From contig CAVPCR010000004.1 in assembly GCA_963702435.1 (NCBI GenBank), positions 448,001 through 512,000 of the forward strand: a DNA stretch of 64,000 nucleotides. Direction: 5' to 3'. The DNA comes from Candidatus Eiseniibacteriota bacterium. Its GTDB lineage: Bacteria > Eisenbacteria > RBG-16-71-46 > CAVPCR01. Positions 1-9,687 of the stretch are shown here, one piece after another; position 1 is the stretch's first letter, and each line of letters begins with the position of its first letter. The notes beneath the pieces were generated by a model. It was not told the origin of the DNA and made no database searches. It saw nothing but the letters and a program-made list of their open reading frames with translations. Position numbers and translations under genes: made by a program.

Positions 1-341
1 GCGAGCTGGTTGACGGCCATGGCGCCGCGGCCTCCTGAACGGCACGTGAGGAGGAGGATGTCCGCCGGCTGGGCGATCTCCCGGACCTGGGCGACGAAGG
101 CCGTGTTCACCCGGTGTCCGTACTCGAACTTGCCGTCCTTTCTCTGGTAGGTCACGAAGGCCAGCGGTATGTTCCAGGCCATTTCCGGGTGGCCGACGAA
201 GGCGAACTCCTCGGGGGTCCGGACGTCGATGACCTTGACCTTGTCCGGCGCGGCCTTCCACATCTCGTAGGCCTCTGCCGCCGTCACATAGAGACCGAGT
301 GTCGTCTGCTTCATCTTCGGAAGCTTGCTGACATCCAGCAC
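1..341 (-). CDS. Rhodanese-like domain protein/sulfurtransferase (runs off window edge)
   Basis: Manual translation from GTG 341: MLDVSKLPKMKQTTLGLYVTAAEAYEMWK...VIDVRTPEEF.FVGHP...LLLTCRSGGRGAMA; has the IDVR..EF and CRSG.R rhodanese motifs. Not in the ORF track because it is truncated. Confidence 0.85.
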   Translation of the reverse strand, partial: MLDVSKLPKMKQTTLGLYVTAAEAYEMWKAAPDKVKVIDVRTPEEFAFVGHPEMAWNIPLAFVTYQRKDGKFEYGHRVNTAFVAQVREIAQPADILLLTCRSGGRGAMAVNQL

Positions 342-342
342 G

Positions 343-732
343 TCACTTCTCCTCCGCCAGCTTGGCGAACGTGGCCTCCCACTCGCTCTCGGTCATCGTG
401 CCGCGCAGCTCGAAGAGCCGATCGAGGACCGCGGCCTGGCCGCGCCGTCGCGCTGCGATGCCCTGCTCCATGAGCGGGGTAAGCCTGTCGAGTCCGGCCG
501 ACTGGTCCTCGTCGGCCGCGCGAAACTCCTTCGCGATCTCCTCGAAGCCCTTCGAGAAGGTCTCGAGGTCCTTCCGTCCCTGCTCGAAGATCTTCTCCGC
601 CGCGGCGGCGCGCGCCTCGTCGGCGACGACCTCGTTGACCGCATCCTGCATGTCCTTGGTGAACAGCTCCAGCGCGACGCCGTCACCACCCATCGTGAGC
701 AAGAGGAGTCCGGCGATGAGCGCAGCGATCAT
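343..732 (-). CDS. Hypothetical exported helical protein
   Basis: 129 aa, hydrophobic N-terminus, start overlaps the upstream stop; similar to 729..1202. Confidence 0.7.
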   Translation of the reverse strand: MIAALIAGLLLLTMGGDGVALELFTKDMQDAVNEVVADEARAAAAEKIFEQGRKDLETFSKGFEEIAKEFRAADEDQSAGLDRLTPLMEQGIAARRRGQAAVLDRLFELRGTMTESEWEATFAKLAEEK

Positions 733-1202
733 GGCCTCGAGCCCTCCTTCTCGTCAGGGGGCGCCGCTGTACCGGACGACCTGGAACCCGCCGATTGGAT
801 CACCGACATTTCGAGATCTCTGAGCTCTTCCCACTCTGCCGGGGTCGCCTCCGCCTTGAGCGCGGCGTGGGCGGCCAGAAAGCGGCGTGCGGCCGACTCG
901 TGGCGCGCGTTGAAAAGGGCGAGCGACCGCTCGATCTCCTCGCGCCGGCTCCCGTGGTTTCGAACCAAGGGGATGAGCGCGGCCCGCTCTTCTGCGAAGA
1001 GACTATCGGCCTCCCCGATCGCCGCGGCGATCTCTTCGAGGGCGACCTGCATCCTGGCCGCGCGCGCCTCGTCGGCGACGATCTCGTCGATGCCGCTGCG
1101 CAGCTCGGCGACCGGATCGGGCGGCGTCTTCGCGGCGCACGACAGCGCCGCAGGCATGAGTAGCCCGATAGCAAGGGCGTTCAAGAGCGGTGGACTTCTC
1201 AC
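729..1202 (-). CDS. Hypothetical lipoprotein
   Basis: 157 aa, signal peptide with lipobox-like ALSC, SD-like GGAG upstream. Confidence 0.7.
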   Translation of the reverse strand: MRSPPLLNALAIGLLMPAALSCAAKTPPDPVAELRSGIDEIVADEARAARMQVALEEIAAAIGEADSLFAEERAALIPLVRNHGSRREEIERSLALFNARHESAARRFLAAHAALKAEATPAEWEELRDLEMSVIQSAGSRSSGTAAPPDEKEGSRP

Positions 1203-1274
1203 CCTGGTCTCCTCTCCCTCGCCACGTTCGACCCTGGTGTGCCTTGCACCTGCTCGACCAGGATCGACCGCGGG

Positions 1275-1957
1275 CTAGGGAATGTAGTTGGCGCTCGTGT
1301 CGGCCCCGTAGCCGCAGCCCTGGTAGGTGCAGTGCAGCTCGTCGCGGATGATGGCTGCCCAGCCGTCGCAGCGATCCGTGTTCAAGGATAGGTCCTTGGT
1401 GAGCACCTTGGTCTCGAACGTCCAGCCCTTCGGCAGACCCTTCAGCTTGCTGCCCACCTGATCGAGGTTCTCGAGGGTGAGGGTCGGGTCGACAGCCTTC
1501 GTGTACTCCTGCATGACCCAGATCGTGCCCTCCGGATCGCGGAGCAGGTGGACCGGGGTGCCTGCGTGCCAGATCCAGTTGCTGTTGCGGTAGATCAAGT
1601 TGGGCGAGTATGCGGTCTTCATCTGGGCCATCATCTCGGCCCCGGTCATCTCCCCGCCATAGAGCATCTTGACGCCATGGAAGTCCACGACGTCGCCGCC
1701 CTGGAGGTCCTGCTCGTCCATGAGCCAGAAGCGCCCGCTGTTGACGAGCACAGGTCCACTTCGAGCTCGCGCGCGAGTCGCGCGGCGTCGATCTTCTTGT
1801 GGCTCTCGGGAGTGAGCTCGTCGAGCGCCGCCGCCGTGTAGACGTGCGCTCGTTGCGTCGCTCCGACGCCAACGAAGGCTCCAAGTCCGCAGAACGTCTT
1901 GCCACGGGTGTTCTTGGTGACTGTCCGGGGTCCGTGCATGCCGATTCTCAGTTTCAT
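1275..1957 (-). pseudogene. Conserved hypothetical protein split by a frameshift at ~1752
   Basis: ATG 1957 with GAGGAGG SD gives MKLRIGMHG...KIDAARLARELEVD; the frame then shifts to VLVNSGRFWLMD...WVMQ...LPKGWTF...DELHCTYQ. Confidence 0.6.
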
Positions 1958-2130
1958 CTGTTCCTCCTCATCTGTTCCTCCTCCGGATTGGGAAGGAGTG
2001 CGCCTCGCCCGACGGCCCGACTGGCCCCGGCTGAAGCCGGGGCCCGGCCCGGAGCATGCCGTGGTTACGGGATGCCGGTGGCGGGCCCGGCCAGCGGCTG
2101 GCCAGGCCCGCCCCTGGACGTCATGAACGC

Positions 2131-2538
2131 TTACTTCTTCATCCTCTTCGCCACCGCCTCCTGTATCAGCTTGGCTTGCGCAGCCAACCCGCCAGCGGTA
2201 CTGAACTGGAGGATCTCGGCCCCTTCCTCCGAGATGAAGTTGTGCGGAGCTGGCCAGTAGCACGCGTCCCCGGCGCGGCAAATGTCAACGGTCCCGTCGA
2301 GGTAAATGACCCTCAACGTGCCCTTCAAGACGTAAGCCCAGTGTTCAACCCCGCACAGATCGTGCGGTAGTCCCTTTCCCTTCAGAATGTCTGTGAAGTC
2401 AGTACCCGGGGCAAAGATGTGGTAGGCGCACTGCATGCCGCCCCAGTTCTCCTCGAAGATCTTGAGGCCCGGGGTGTTCTGGGTGACGACGTCATCGACT
2501 ACCTTCATGTCTTTCAATTGCTTTCTCATGCGATTCAT
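2131..2538 (-). CDS. Cupin-fold protein
   Basis: LPHDLCGVEHWAYVLKG...GDACYWPAPH cupin-like His motifs. Confidence 0.7.
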   Translation of the reverse strand: MNRMRKQLKDMKVVDDVVTQNTPGLKIFEENWGGMQCAYHIFAPGTDFTDILKGKGLPHDLCGVEHWAYVLKGTLRVIYLDGTVDICRAGDACYWPAPHNFISEEGAEILQFSTAGGLAAQAKLIQEAVAKRMKK

Positions 2539-2691
2539 CCCCCTTGTGCCTCACCGGACCGGCGGTGACGGCGAGTTGTTCGAGGTTTCGGCCAAGTCCG
2601 ATTGCCTGGACAGGCCTTGTTACCATCGCGGCAGAGGCTGCGGCGTGCCATGCACTGCCGCGCGAGCTTGCAGCCAAGCCCTGCGGGGTGT

Positions 2692-3063
2692 TCAGGTTGT
2701 CCGGGTTCGTCCTTGCGCTCCTTCCGATTCGCCCTGCGCTTTCGGACTGAGTACCGCGACCAGGAACTCGATTCCGCGAAGGTGCTCGATGCTGCCAAAG
2801 GCGACCACCGGCGATTGGACCGACAGCTCGATATAGGGAAGCAGCCGCCGAAACCTCTCCGAACGGAGGTGCGTCTCCAGGTCCTCCTGGGTATCCCACT
2901 GGACGAGGTAGGTGAACACGCGATCGTCCTCGACATCCTGGCATATCCAGCAGGCCCGGCACTGCGCCAGTGCCTCGGTCGGCCCCTTGACGTGCAGGAG
3001 CACGTTCCGGAACTCCTGCTGCTTCCCCTCGGGAGCTACCAGTCGGAAGGAGGCCTGTATCAT
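2692..3063 (-). CDS. Antibiotic biosynthesis monooxygenase (ABM)-type dimeric alpha/beta barrel protein
   Basis: GPTEALAQCRAC...W.TQEDLETHLRSERF ABM-like pattern. Confidence 0.75.
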   Translation of the reverse strand: MIQASFRLVAPEGKQQEFRNVLLHVKGPTEALAQCRACWICQDVEDDRVFTYLVQWDTQEDLETHLRSERFRRLLPYIELSVQSPVVAFGSIEHLRGIEFLVAVLSPKAQGESEGAQGRTRTT

Positions 3064-3104
3064 CTCTCGCTTCCGGGTGGCGAATCGCCACCCCTTGCCA
3101 GGTT

Positions 3105-3992
3105 CTACTGGTTCAGACCCTTGTTGACGAGGACGATGACTTCCACCCGGCGCGACTGCTTGCGATCTTCTTCCGTCTTTCCTCCGCCGACGGGTTTGGT
3201 CTCGCCATAGCCCATGGGTACCATGATGCGCCGCAGCGGGATGTTGTGCTTCACCGTCAGGTACTGGACCACCGCGTCGGCGCGGCGCTGGCTGAGTTCG
3301 AGGTTCGCTTCGAAGTCCCCGCTCGGATCGGTGAATCCTTTCACTTCCACCGCGTAGTTCTTCCCGCCCGGCGCCTTCGACGCGAGCTCGTCGAGCTGCG
3401 ACTTTGCGTCGGCATCGAGCGTGGCGCTGTTGACCGCGAAGAGCACCGCCACGGTCTTCACGACCTCAAACTGGTCGAGCTCGGAAATGCGCGTGTTGGT
3501 CGCTATGACATCTTTGCTGGTTTCATTGAGCTGCTGGTCCGTCTCCGATAGCTCTTTAGTGACCGGAGCCGTCTGGCCATAGGCGGTTATCACCGCCTTG
3601 AGGTCGGATTCGGAGAATGTGATGTCCTCCGCCACCAGGCGACCGGTCGAGTCCCCCTTGCCCTCGGCCTTCAGGATGAGGCCGGGCATGAGCACGGTCA
3701 TGTCAAAGGGCTTGTGTCCGCGAAAGAGGCCCTTCCGATCGGTCCTGATCTTGGTGGAGTCGGTCAACAGGACAACCGTATCGGTCGCCGACACATCGCG
3801 GAGCGAGAACGTCTCACCGTCACGGCTGAGGATGACACCCTTGATATCCGCCTTCTCACCGGCCGGAATGGCGCGCTTCTGGCCCGGTTTGGATTGACCG
3901 ATCGCGCCGCTCGATAGCAGCACTCCGGTCATCAACACCAGACTCAGGCCGATCACAGCGGGCGCGGTCGCTCTTGAACATCGATCACTCAT
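3105..3992 (-). CDS. OmpA family protein with N-terminal OB-like (DUF5666-like) domain
   Basis: Signal peptide; C-terminal VKGFTD...NLELSQRRADAV...GYGE.KP...SRRVEV OmpA motifs; ATG 3992 with GGAGG SD. Confidence 0.9.
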   Translation of the reverse strand: MSDRCSRATAPAVIGLSLVLMTGVLLSSGAIGQSKPGQKRAIPAGEKADIKGVILSRDGETFSLRDVSATDTVVLLTDSTKIRTDRKGLFRGHKPFDMTVLMPGLILKAEGKGDSTGRLVAEDITFSESDLKAVITAYGQTAPVTKELSETDQQLNETSKDVIATNTRISELDQFEVVKTVAVLFAVNSATLDADAKSQLDELASKAPGGKNYAVEVKGFTDPSGDFEANLELSQRRADAVVQYLTVKHNIPLRRIMVPMGYGETKPVGGGKTEEDRKQSRRVEVIVLVNKGLNQ

Positions 3993-4102
3993 GGTTCCCT
4001 CCTGGCCTCTCCTGACCTGCCGGGCGTCAGGGTCTGGGCGGCCGAACTCGACCTGGCCCAAGCAGCAGCAGGAAAACGATCCCTGCCGGCCATGTACATG
4101 GC

Positions 4103-4118
4103 TGCAAAGGGCGTGCCG
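4103..4118 (-). promoter_or_regulatory. Sigma-54 (-24/-12) promoter upstream of the OmpA-ABM-cupin run
   Basis: Minus strand reads CGGCAC-GCCCT-TTGCA with exact GG-N10-GC spacing, immediately downstream of an enhancer-binding protein gene. Confidence 0.75.
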
Positions 4119-4228
4119 CGGGCGGCTGGAGGGTCGAAACAGACGACAAGACACTGGCTCGCCGTCGATTACGGAGGGTACTCGACGGCTGCGCGCGAGC
4201 CGGCGCGAGCCTCCGATAGTCGGAGAAT

Positions 4229-6805
4229 CTACGAGATATCGGCGGCTCCCCGCGGTCGGGCGATGCCGAGCTTGGCCATCCGCGACTCGAGCGTCGTCGG
4301 CCTGAGGCCCAGGATCTCGGCCGCGCCGCCGGCACCCCGGACGCGCCAGCCGGTGTCCTTGAGAACGCGGAGTATCTGTTCCCGCATGCCTTCATCCAAT
4401 GTCATCCGCGGCCTGAGACCACCCGCGACGAGCACGGGCATCTCGACCGCCAGCGAGTCGCCCGTGGCGAGGATCATCGCGCGCTCGATGACGTTGCTGA
4501 GCTCGCGCACGTTGCCGGGCCATCGGTACTGCTGCAGCTGCTCCATCGTCTTGCGAGGAACGCTGTTGATCGTCTTGCCCATGCGGCGGCTGAAGTTCTC
4601 GATGAAGGCCCAGACGAGGAGCGGAATGTCTTCGCGCCGATCCCGGAGCGGAGGAACGCGGATCGGGAAGACGTTCAGCCGGTGAAACAGGTCGATACGA
4701 AACTTGCCGTCCCGAACGGCCTGCTCCAGGTCGCGATTCGTCGCCGTGATGATCCGCACATTGACTGACACGCTCTGCGGGCTGCCCAACCGCTCGAACC
4801 GGCCATCCTGGAGCACCCGCAGCAGCTTGGCCTGCAGCTCGACGGGGAACTCCCCGATCTCGTCGAGAAACAGCGTGGAGCCGTCGGCGATCGCAAAGCG
4901 ACCGACTTGCGCCGAGGCGGCACCCGTGTAGGCGCCGGCAACCCGTCCAAAGAGCTCGCTTTCGATCAGAGTCGCGGGCAGCGAGGCGCAGTTCACGGTG
5001 ACCAGGGGACGCCCCTGGCGCGGGCTCAGCTCGTGGATCGTCTGTGCCAGGAGCTCCTTCCCGGTGCCGGTCTCGCCGAGCAGGAGAACCGGGGTGTCGG
5101 TGCCGGCCACCTGCTCTGCCTCGGACAGCACCTTCTTGAGGGCCCGGCTCTGGCCGATGATGCGTCCGTGCCGGTGCTTCAGCGTGACCTGCTCACGAAG
5201 ATAGACGTTCTCCAGTTCGAGGCGCTCGCGAAGCCGCTCGTTCTCGGCCAGCGCGGCCCGGATCGCCTCGTCAGATCGCTGGCGCACCAGGGCATTGGCG
5301 AAGATCTCTCCGATCACCTGCAGGCGAGAGACGACTTCCGGGGGCCATTCGCAGTACCGCCTGAGGAAAGAGAAGGCGAGGAAGCCCAGGACCGAGCCGC
5401 CGACGGTCAGCGGAATGACCACGAACGACTTGATGTTCTGGGCGACGGCGAGCTGTCTCTCCTTCTTCGCCTCTGGCGGGAGGTCATCCGGCAGGCGTCT
5501 GAAGAAGAGCGTCTGCCCGTTGCGGGCCTGTCCCATGATCCAGGGAACATGATCGCCGGCGTCAGCCCCGATGGCGAACGGCTCGACCCCGGACACCGCG
5601 CGGGAATGGGTCGACAGCGCCCGGCTCTTGTCCTGGCTGAACTGCACCAGGGTGTTCCGGTCGTGACCCAGCGTCTCCAGGAGATCGTTCAGGGCTTCGT
5701 CGATCACGCTGTCGATCCGGTCGGGAGGCTGGATGATGAACCTGGCAGAAAGATCGGCCAGCAACTGCTCGAACCGCAGGCGCTCCTCCAGCACTTGCTC
5801 CGCCCGCTTGCGGTCCGTGATGTCGCTAGCCTCTCCCAGCATCCTCGCCCGGGCCTCCTCCGTGCCCGGAAACCGGCCCCGGGCCGCGATCCATCGCTCC
5901 TGGCCGTCCGGCAGAACCACGCGGAACTCGACGACATAATCGGCGTGGTCCTCGATGGCGCGTCTCACGGTCTGCTCGACCACCTCTCTGTCCTGGACGT
6001 GGATCCGCTCGATGACTGTTTCGTACCGGAGAACTGCATCCAGCGGAAAGCCGAACATCCGGCGCCAGTTCTCCGTGGCCCAGACATCGTTGCGCGACAC
6101 ATCCCATATCCAGACGCCCGAACCGGCCGCCGCTGTGGCCAGACTCAGGCGCTCCTCGTTCTCCCGCAGAATCTCGTGGGAGCGCTTTCGAGCAATCGCA
6201 TTGGCGAACAGATGCGCCACGAGTTGAATCCGCTTGACGAGGCCGTCCGGCCAGGGGCGCTCGTCCTTGGTGTCGTTGAAGCACACCGCACCGATGAGCG
6301 GTCCCTCTCCCGGCGAGAGCGGAACCACCAGCGAGCTCTTGACGCCGAACTGGCGGCAGCTCTCTCGGTCCCGGGCTGCAGCGGGTGGCATGTCCTCCAG
6401 GGAGGAGACGGCGACCACTTTGCCGGAGAGGAGTTGCTCGAGGCACCAGGGGAAGTACTCCCGGGCATCCATCGGCTCTGGACGGGGCGGGCCCTCCTGC
6501 GCTCGATAGAGGTGGGTCATCCCAAGGAATCCCGGAGACTCGTTCGACCACTGCCAGAGCCCACAGGAATCCAGTCCGAGGAATTCGCACACGCGACGCT
6601 GGGCAGCTTCGATCTCGGAGTCGACCTGGTCCGCGGGAAGGTTGACGAACTTGAGCGAGAGATCGGCGATGAGCGTCTCGAAACGCAGGCTCTCTTCGAG
6701 TTCCTCGTGCGTCCCGCTCGTCTGTTCACAAGCGGGGTGCGACTCACTACCGGCGCGATCTTCCCGGGTGGTGTCGAGAGAACGTGGTCTCGGGTTCCTG
6801 CGCAT
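4229..6805 (-). CDS. Sigma-54-dependent enhancer-binding protein (GAF-PAS-GAF-AAA+-Fis HTH)
   Basis: GETGTGKE Walker A, ESELFG..GAYTGA, FLDEIGE, WPGNVREL, C-terminal HTH. Confidence 0.95.
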   Translation of the reverse strand: MRRNPRPRSLDTTREDRAGSESHPACEQTSGTHEELEESLRFETLIADLSLKFVNLPADQVDSEIEAAQRRVCEFLGLDSCGLWQWSNESPGFLGMTHLYRAQEGPPRPEPMDAREYFPWCLEQLLSGKVVAVSSLEDMPPAAARDRESCRQFGVKSSLVVPLSPGEGPLIGAVCFNDTKDERPWPDGLVKRIQLVAHLFANAIARKRSHEILRENEERLSLATAAAGSGVWIWDVSRNDVWATENWRRMFGFPLDAVLRYETVIERIHVQDREVVEQTVRRAIEDHADYVVEFRVVLPDGQERWIAARGRFPGTEEARARMLGEASDITDRKRAEQVLEERLRFEQLLADLSARFIIQPPDRIDSVIDEALNDLLETLGHDRNTLVQFSQDKSRALSTHSRAVSGVEPFAIGADAGDHVPWIMGQARNGQTLFFRRLPDDLPPEAKKERQLAVAQNIKSFVVIPLTVGGSVLGFLAFSFLRRYCEWPPEVVSRLQVIGEIFANALVRQRSDEAIRAALAENERLRERLELENVYLREQVTLKHRHGRIIGQSRALKKVLSEAEQVAGTDTPVLLLGETGTGKELLAQTIHELSPRQGRPLVTVNCASLPATLIESELFGRVAGAYTGAASAQVGRFAIADGSTLFLDEIGEFPVELQAKLLRVLQDGRFERLGSPQSVSVNVRIITATNRDLEQAVRDGKFRIDLFHRLNVFPIRVPPLRDRREDIPLLVWAFIENFSRRMGKTINSVPRKTMEQLQQYRWPGNVRELSNVIERAMILATGDSLAVEMPVLVAGGLRPRMTLDEGMREQILRVLKDTGWRVRGAGGAAEILGLRPTTLESRMAKLGIARPRGAADIS

Positions 6806-6901
6806 TCCATCTACCCCGTGGATGGCCCGGGTGGCACGGGTAACGTGCCGGCCGGGCCGCCGTTCCGTCCGCCGACGGCTCCATCCTGCCGGGATAGAAT
6901 A

Positions 6902-7525
6902 TCACTGGATGGTCACGACGCCGAGGGCGCCGAGGGCGACCAGCATCGTGTCGATCGCGAGGGCGACCTGGATGACGATCAACACCGCCCCGAGGAGCTG
7001 CAGTGCCGGCAGCAGCCCGGGAATGTGCAGGATCCGATCATTGAAAAACATGACGAGGAAGTTGAGCGCCATGATCACACCGAGCGAGATGGCGAGCATT
7101 CCATAGAGGTCCGGATACTGCGGAGCGACCATCACGGAGACGAGGATCATGGCGACTCCGGCCGGCGGAACGATCGCCGGCGCCGCCAGCGGCGAGATGG
7201 CCATCCTCAGGGGTGAGACGCCCACCCCCGGGGCCTCGGGAGCATCGCCTCTGGGGAAGATCGCCCCCATGGCCGAGATGAGCAGCACGAGGCCGGTGGT
7301 GAGCTGGAGCGCGGGCAGACTCAGGTCGTACCTCTCGACCAGCGTTCCGCCGACGAGCGATACGAACAAGCAGACGGCGGCGGCGAACAATGTTCCCCAG
7401 GCGGCGGCGCTCCGGCGGAATGCCTGCTCTCGCCCTCCGGTCAGCCTCGCGAAGGCCGGGATCAGCCGGATCGGCCCCAGCAGCACGAAGCAGACCGTGA
7501 AGAGGTACGCGAATCCCTTTTCCAT
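6902..7525 (-). CDS. MarC family membrane protein
   Basis: About six TM segments; LGPI.LIPAF and ISPLAAPAIVPPAG MarC-like motifs. Confidence 0.85.
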   Translation of the reverse strand: MEKGFAYLFTVCFVLLGPIRLIPAFARLTGGREQAFRRSAAAWGTLFAAAVCLFVSLVGGTLVERYDLSLPALQLTTGLVLLISAMGAIFPRGDAPEAPGVGVSPLRMAISPLAAPAIVPPAGVAMILVSVMVAPQYPDLYGMLAISLGVIMALNFLVMFFNDRILHIPGLLPALQLLGAVLIVIQVALAIDTMLVALGALGVVTIQ

Positions 7526-7699
7526 CGATCGAGCCCTCGCTTTCCCCGACACACTCCATCACGACAGCGCTTCTCACCGGGCAGCGAGCATCGAGCCGGA
7601 CGGCGGCGGTGAGCAGCGCCATGGTCCCGCTGCTGAAGGGCAGTTCTGGCGGGAGTGGCCGGGAGAACCCGGCCCTCCCGCCATCCTCCCAGCTCGCTC

Positions 7700-8338
7700 C
7701 TAGAATCGATAGAGAGCGCCGGCCAGCATCTCGAACTGGTGCGAGTAATCGGAGTCGCCGTACGTGTAACAGCCCCAGTACGGGTCGCACCAGGCACCGT
7801 CGGGATCGGTCTTGATGTAGGTCGGTGTCCAGCGAACGCCGAAGCGGGCACCCAGCTTCCCGCCGGGGAAGACCTTGACGCCCCCGCCCCAGGTGGTCGA
7901 GAACCTGGTCTCGTTGTCCACGTCGACACCCTCGATGTCGCCCGTCACGTAGTGCGTGGCGCCCAGGCCGACGAGGAAGTACGGGATGACCTGGGGGTTC
8001 ACGCCGATGTTGTAGCAGTAGTAGGCATGGTAGTTGTTGACATCCAGGTCGACGAGATCGGTGTCCCCGCCGGTGTAGCCGCCGCCGATGAGGGTGCTCT
8101 GCTGCTGGGACATCATGAAGCCGATCTCGGAGAACCGGTTGACGAAGAACCCGAAGTTGAAGCCGTAGGAAAAGCCGCTCTCCGGATCGACCTGGTCGAA
8201 GGTGACTCCGTCGATCTCGACGCCTTCGCTGAACGTATAGCCGATGTGTGCGCCAATCTCGGCCTTGGGCGGCTGCGCCGCCGCCGTGGAGGCGGTGAGC
8301 GACAGCAGGATGGCCAGGACGATCAATCGCATATCCAT
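7700..8338 (-). CDS. Outer-membrane beta-barrel protein
   Basis: Signal peptide, alternating beta-strands, PYFLVGLG, C-terminal YRF. Confidence 0.85.
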   Translation of the reverse strand: MDMRLIVLAILLSLTASTAAAQPPKAEIGAHIGYTFSEGVEIDGVTFDQVDPESGFSYGFNFGFFVNRFSEIGFMMSQQQSTLIGGGYTGGDTDLVDLDVNNYHAYYCYNIGVNPQVIPYFLVGLGATHYVTGDIEGVDVDNETRFSTTWGGGVKVFPGGKLGARFGVRWTPTYIKTDPDGAWCDPYWGCYTYGDSDYSHQFEMLAGALYRF

Positions 8339-8685
8339 ATCTCAGATCCTCCATCGGCTGCGTATCAGCCGGACTTTGCGGCGGGCGGACTGCCGCGATC
8401 GCCATGAACTGGAACTCCAGGAGCAGGGCGAGACCCCGCCTCCAGCCGGTGGGCGGTCTATGCACGACGCAGGCCAGGGTGGACTGCTGCCCGCGACCGG
8501 GGAGCCTAACTCATTGAGTGGCAACCGGGTGGACCACTTCCTGGGTATCGGTCCGGGAATTGGGAGGTGCTGCGGAAGCGCGAAGCCACGGCGAGAGGGG
8601 TCGAAATCTCGTCCCGGCCGGCGGGGCAGCGCGCCGGCGGGCGCGCGGGACGGGATCGAGCGCCGCTACGGCCGCTCGCGTCGAG

Positions 8686-9687
8686 TCATGGCTCCCCGAC
8701 CACGCTCCACGTCGAGTCCGGATTGAAACGCTCCAACGCGCGGAGCTCGTCGAGCGTCTTGGGGCCGAGGTCCTTCTCGTAGACGATGCCGGTGTGGCTC
8801 ACGATGAAGGTCTTGATGCCGGTCACCTCGTATTCGGCCGGCGCGGCGGCGAGGGCGAAGCCGCCGATCATCAGTCCCTTCACCACGAAGTCCATCTCGC
8901 CCAGCGGCGCGGCCGGTCCCTGGCCCTTGAGGATCTTGAAGTAGTAGCCGTGGAAGGGCTCGCCCTCGGTGCCGTAACCCGCGGCGATGTTGCGCGCGAC
9001 CGCCTCGCCTACCGGTCCCTGCCACGTGCCATCCGGAGCTTGCCACGCCAATCCGTCCTGCTTGCCGGGGGTGCTCACGATGCGCTGCGCGTACTGATTC
9101 ACGCGCGCCCCATCTCGCTTTTCCGAGGCGTACTCGTACTGCGCCTCGACGTATCCGTGGCACACCTCGATCGCATCGAGCTCGTTCTGTCCGATCCTGC
9201 GCAGCAGGATCTCCTCGCGTCCGGCCACGGTGTCGAACCGCCAGCGACCGTCTTCCTCGACGATGGGAATCGGAAGCGGCCAGTCATCGGTCCCGATGGA
9301 CACGAGTGCGATCTTCGGATCCTTCGGATCGCGGGCGACCCGGGTCTGCCGGCGGGCCGCCGCGGCGAAGCCCGCGAACTGCTCCTTGTCCCGCACCGGA
9401 TCCTCGGTGGTCACGATCTTCACGCCGTCCGGCCCGAAGATCTCCTTGAGGGCCGGAACATCGTAGCGCTCGGCGGCGACGGTCAGAGCCTCGGCCGCCT
9501 CCTCTGGTGTCTTGAACGTCCTCTGCACCACCGAGCCGGCCGCGGACGCCCCGCCGGATTCCGCGGTTCGCGCCGGAGACGGCAAGAGGAGCACCCACGC
9601 TGCAACCAGGCAAAGTCCGAGGTGTGCGGCACGGACACGAAGTCGGGAGCGAGTGCGAACGATGGCGATGGACTTCATGGCACTCAC
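8686..9687 (-). CDS. DUF2950 family protein
   Basis: WPLPIPIV, RRIGQNEL, PFHGYYFKILK.QG, GIVYEKDLG motifs; start overlaps the DUF3300 stop. Confidence 0.9.
   Translation of the reverse strand: MSAMKSIAIVRTRSRLRVRAAHLGLCLVAAWVLLLPSPARTAESGGASAAGSVVQRTFKTPEEAAEALTVAAERYDVPALKEIFGPDGVKIVTTEDPVRDKEQFAGFAAAARRQTRVARDPKDPKIALVSIGTDDWPLPIPIVEEDGRWRFDTVAGREEILLRRIGQNELDAIEVCHGYVEAQYEYASEKRDGARVNQYAQRIVSTPGKQDGLAWQAPDGTWQGPVGEAVARNIAAGYGTEGEPFHGYYFKILKGQGPAAPLGEMDFVVKGLMIGGFALAAAPAEYEVTGIKTFIVSHTGIVYEKDLGPKTLDELRALERFNPDSTWSVVGEP

Noticed and set aside
2642..2660. TGGCAC upstream of the cupin gene (and at ~6832-6850) as sigma-54 promoters
   Set aside because: No GC at the -12 position with GG-N10-GC spacing
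4915..4940. GAYTGA instead of GAFTGA as a sign of an inactive activator
   Set aside because: F-to-Y is a conservative natural variant, and a consensus -24/-12 promoter lies directly downstream
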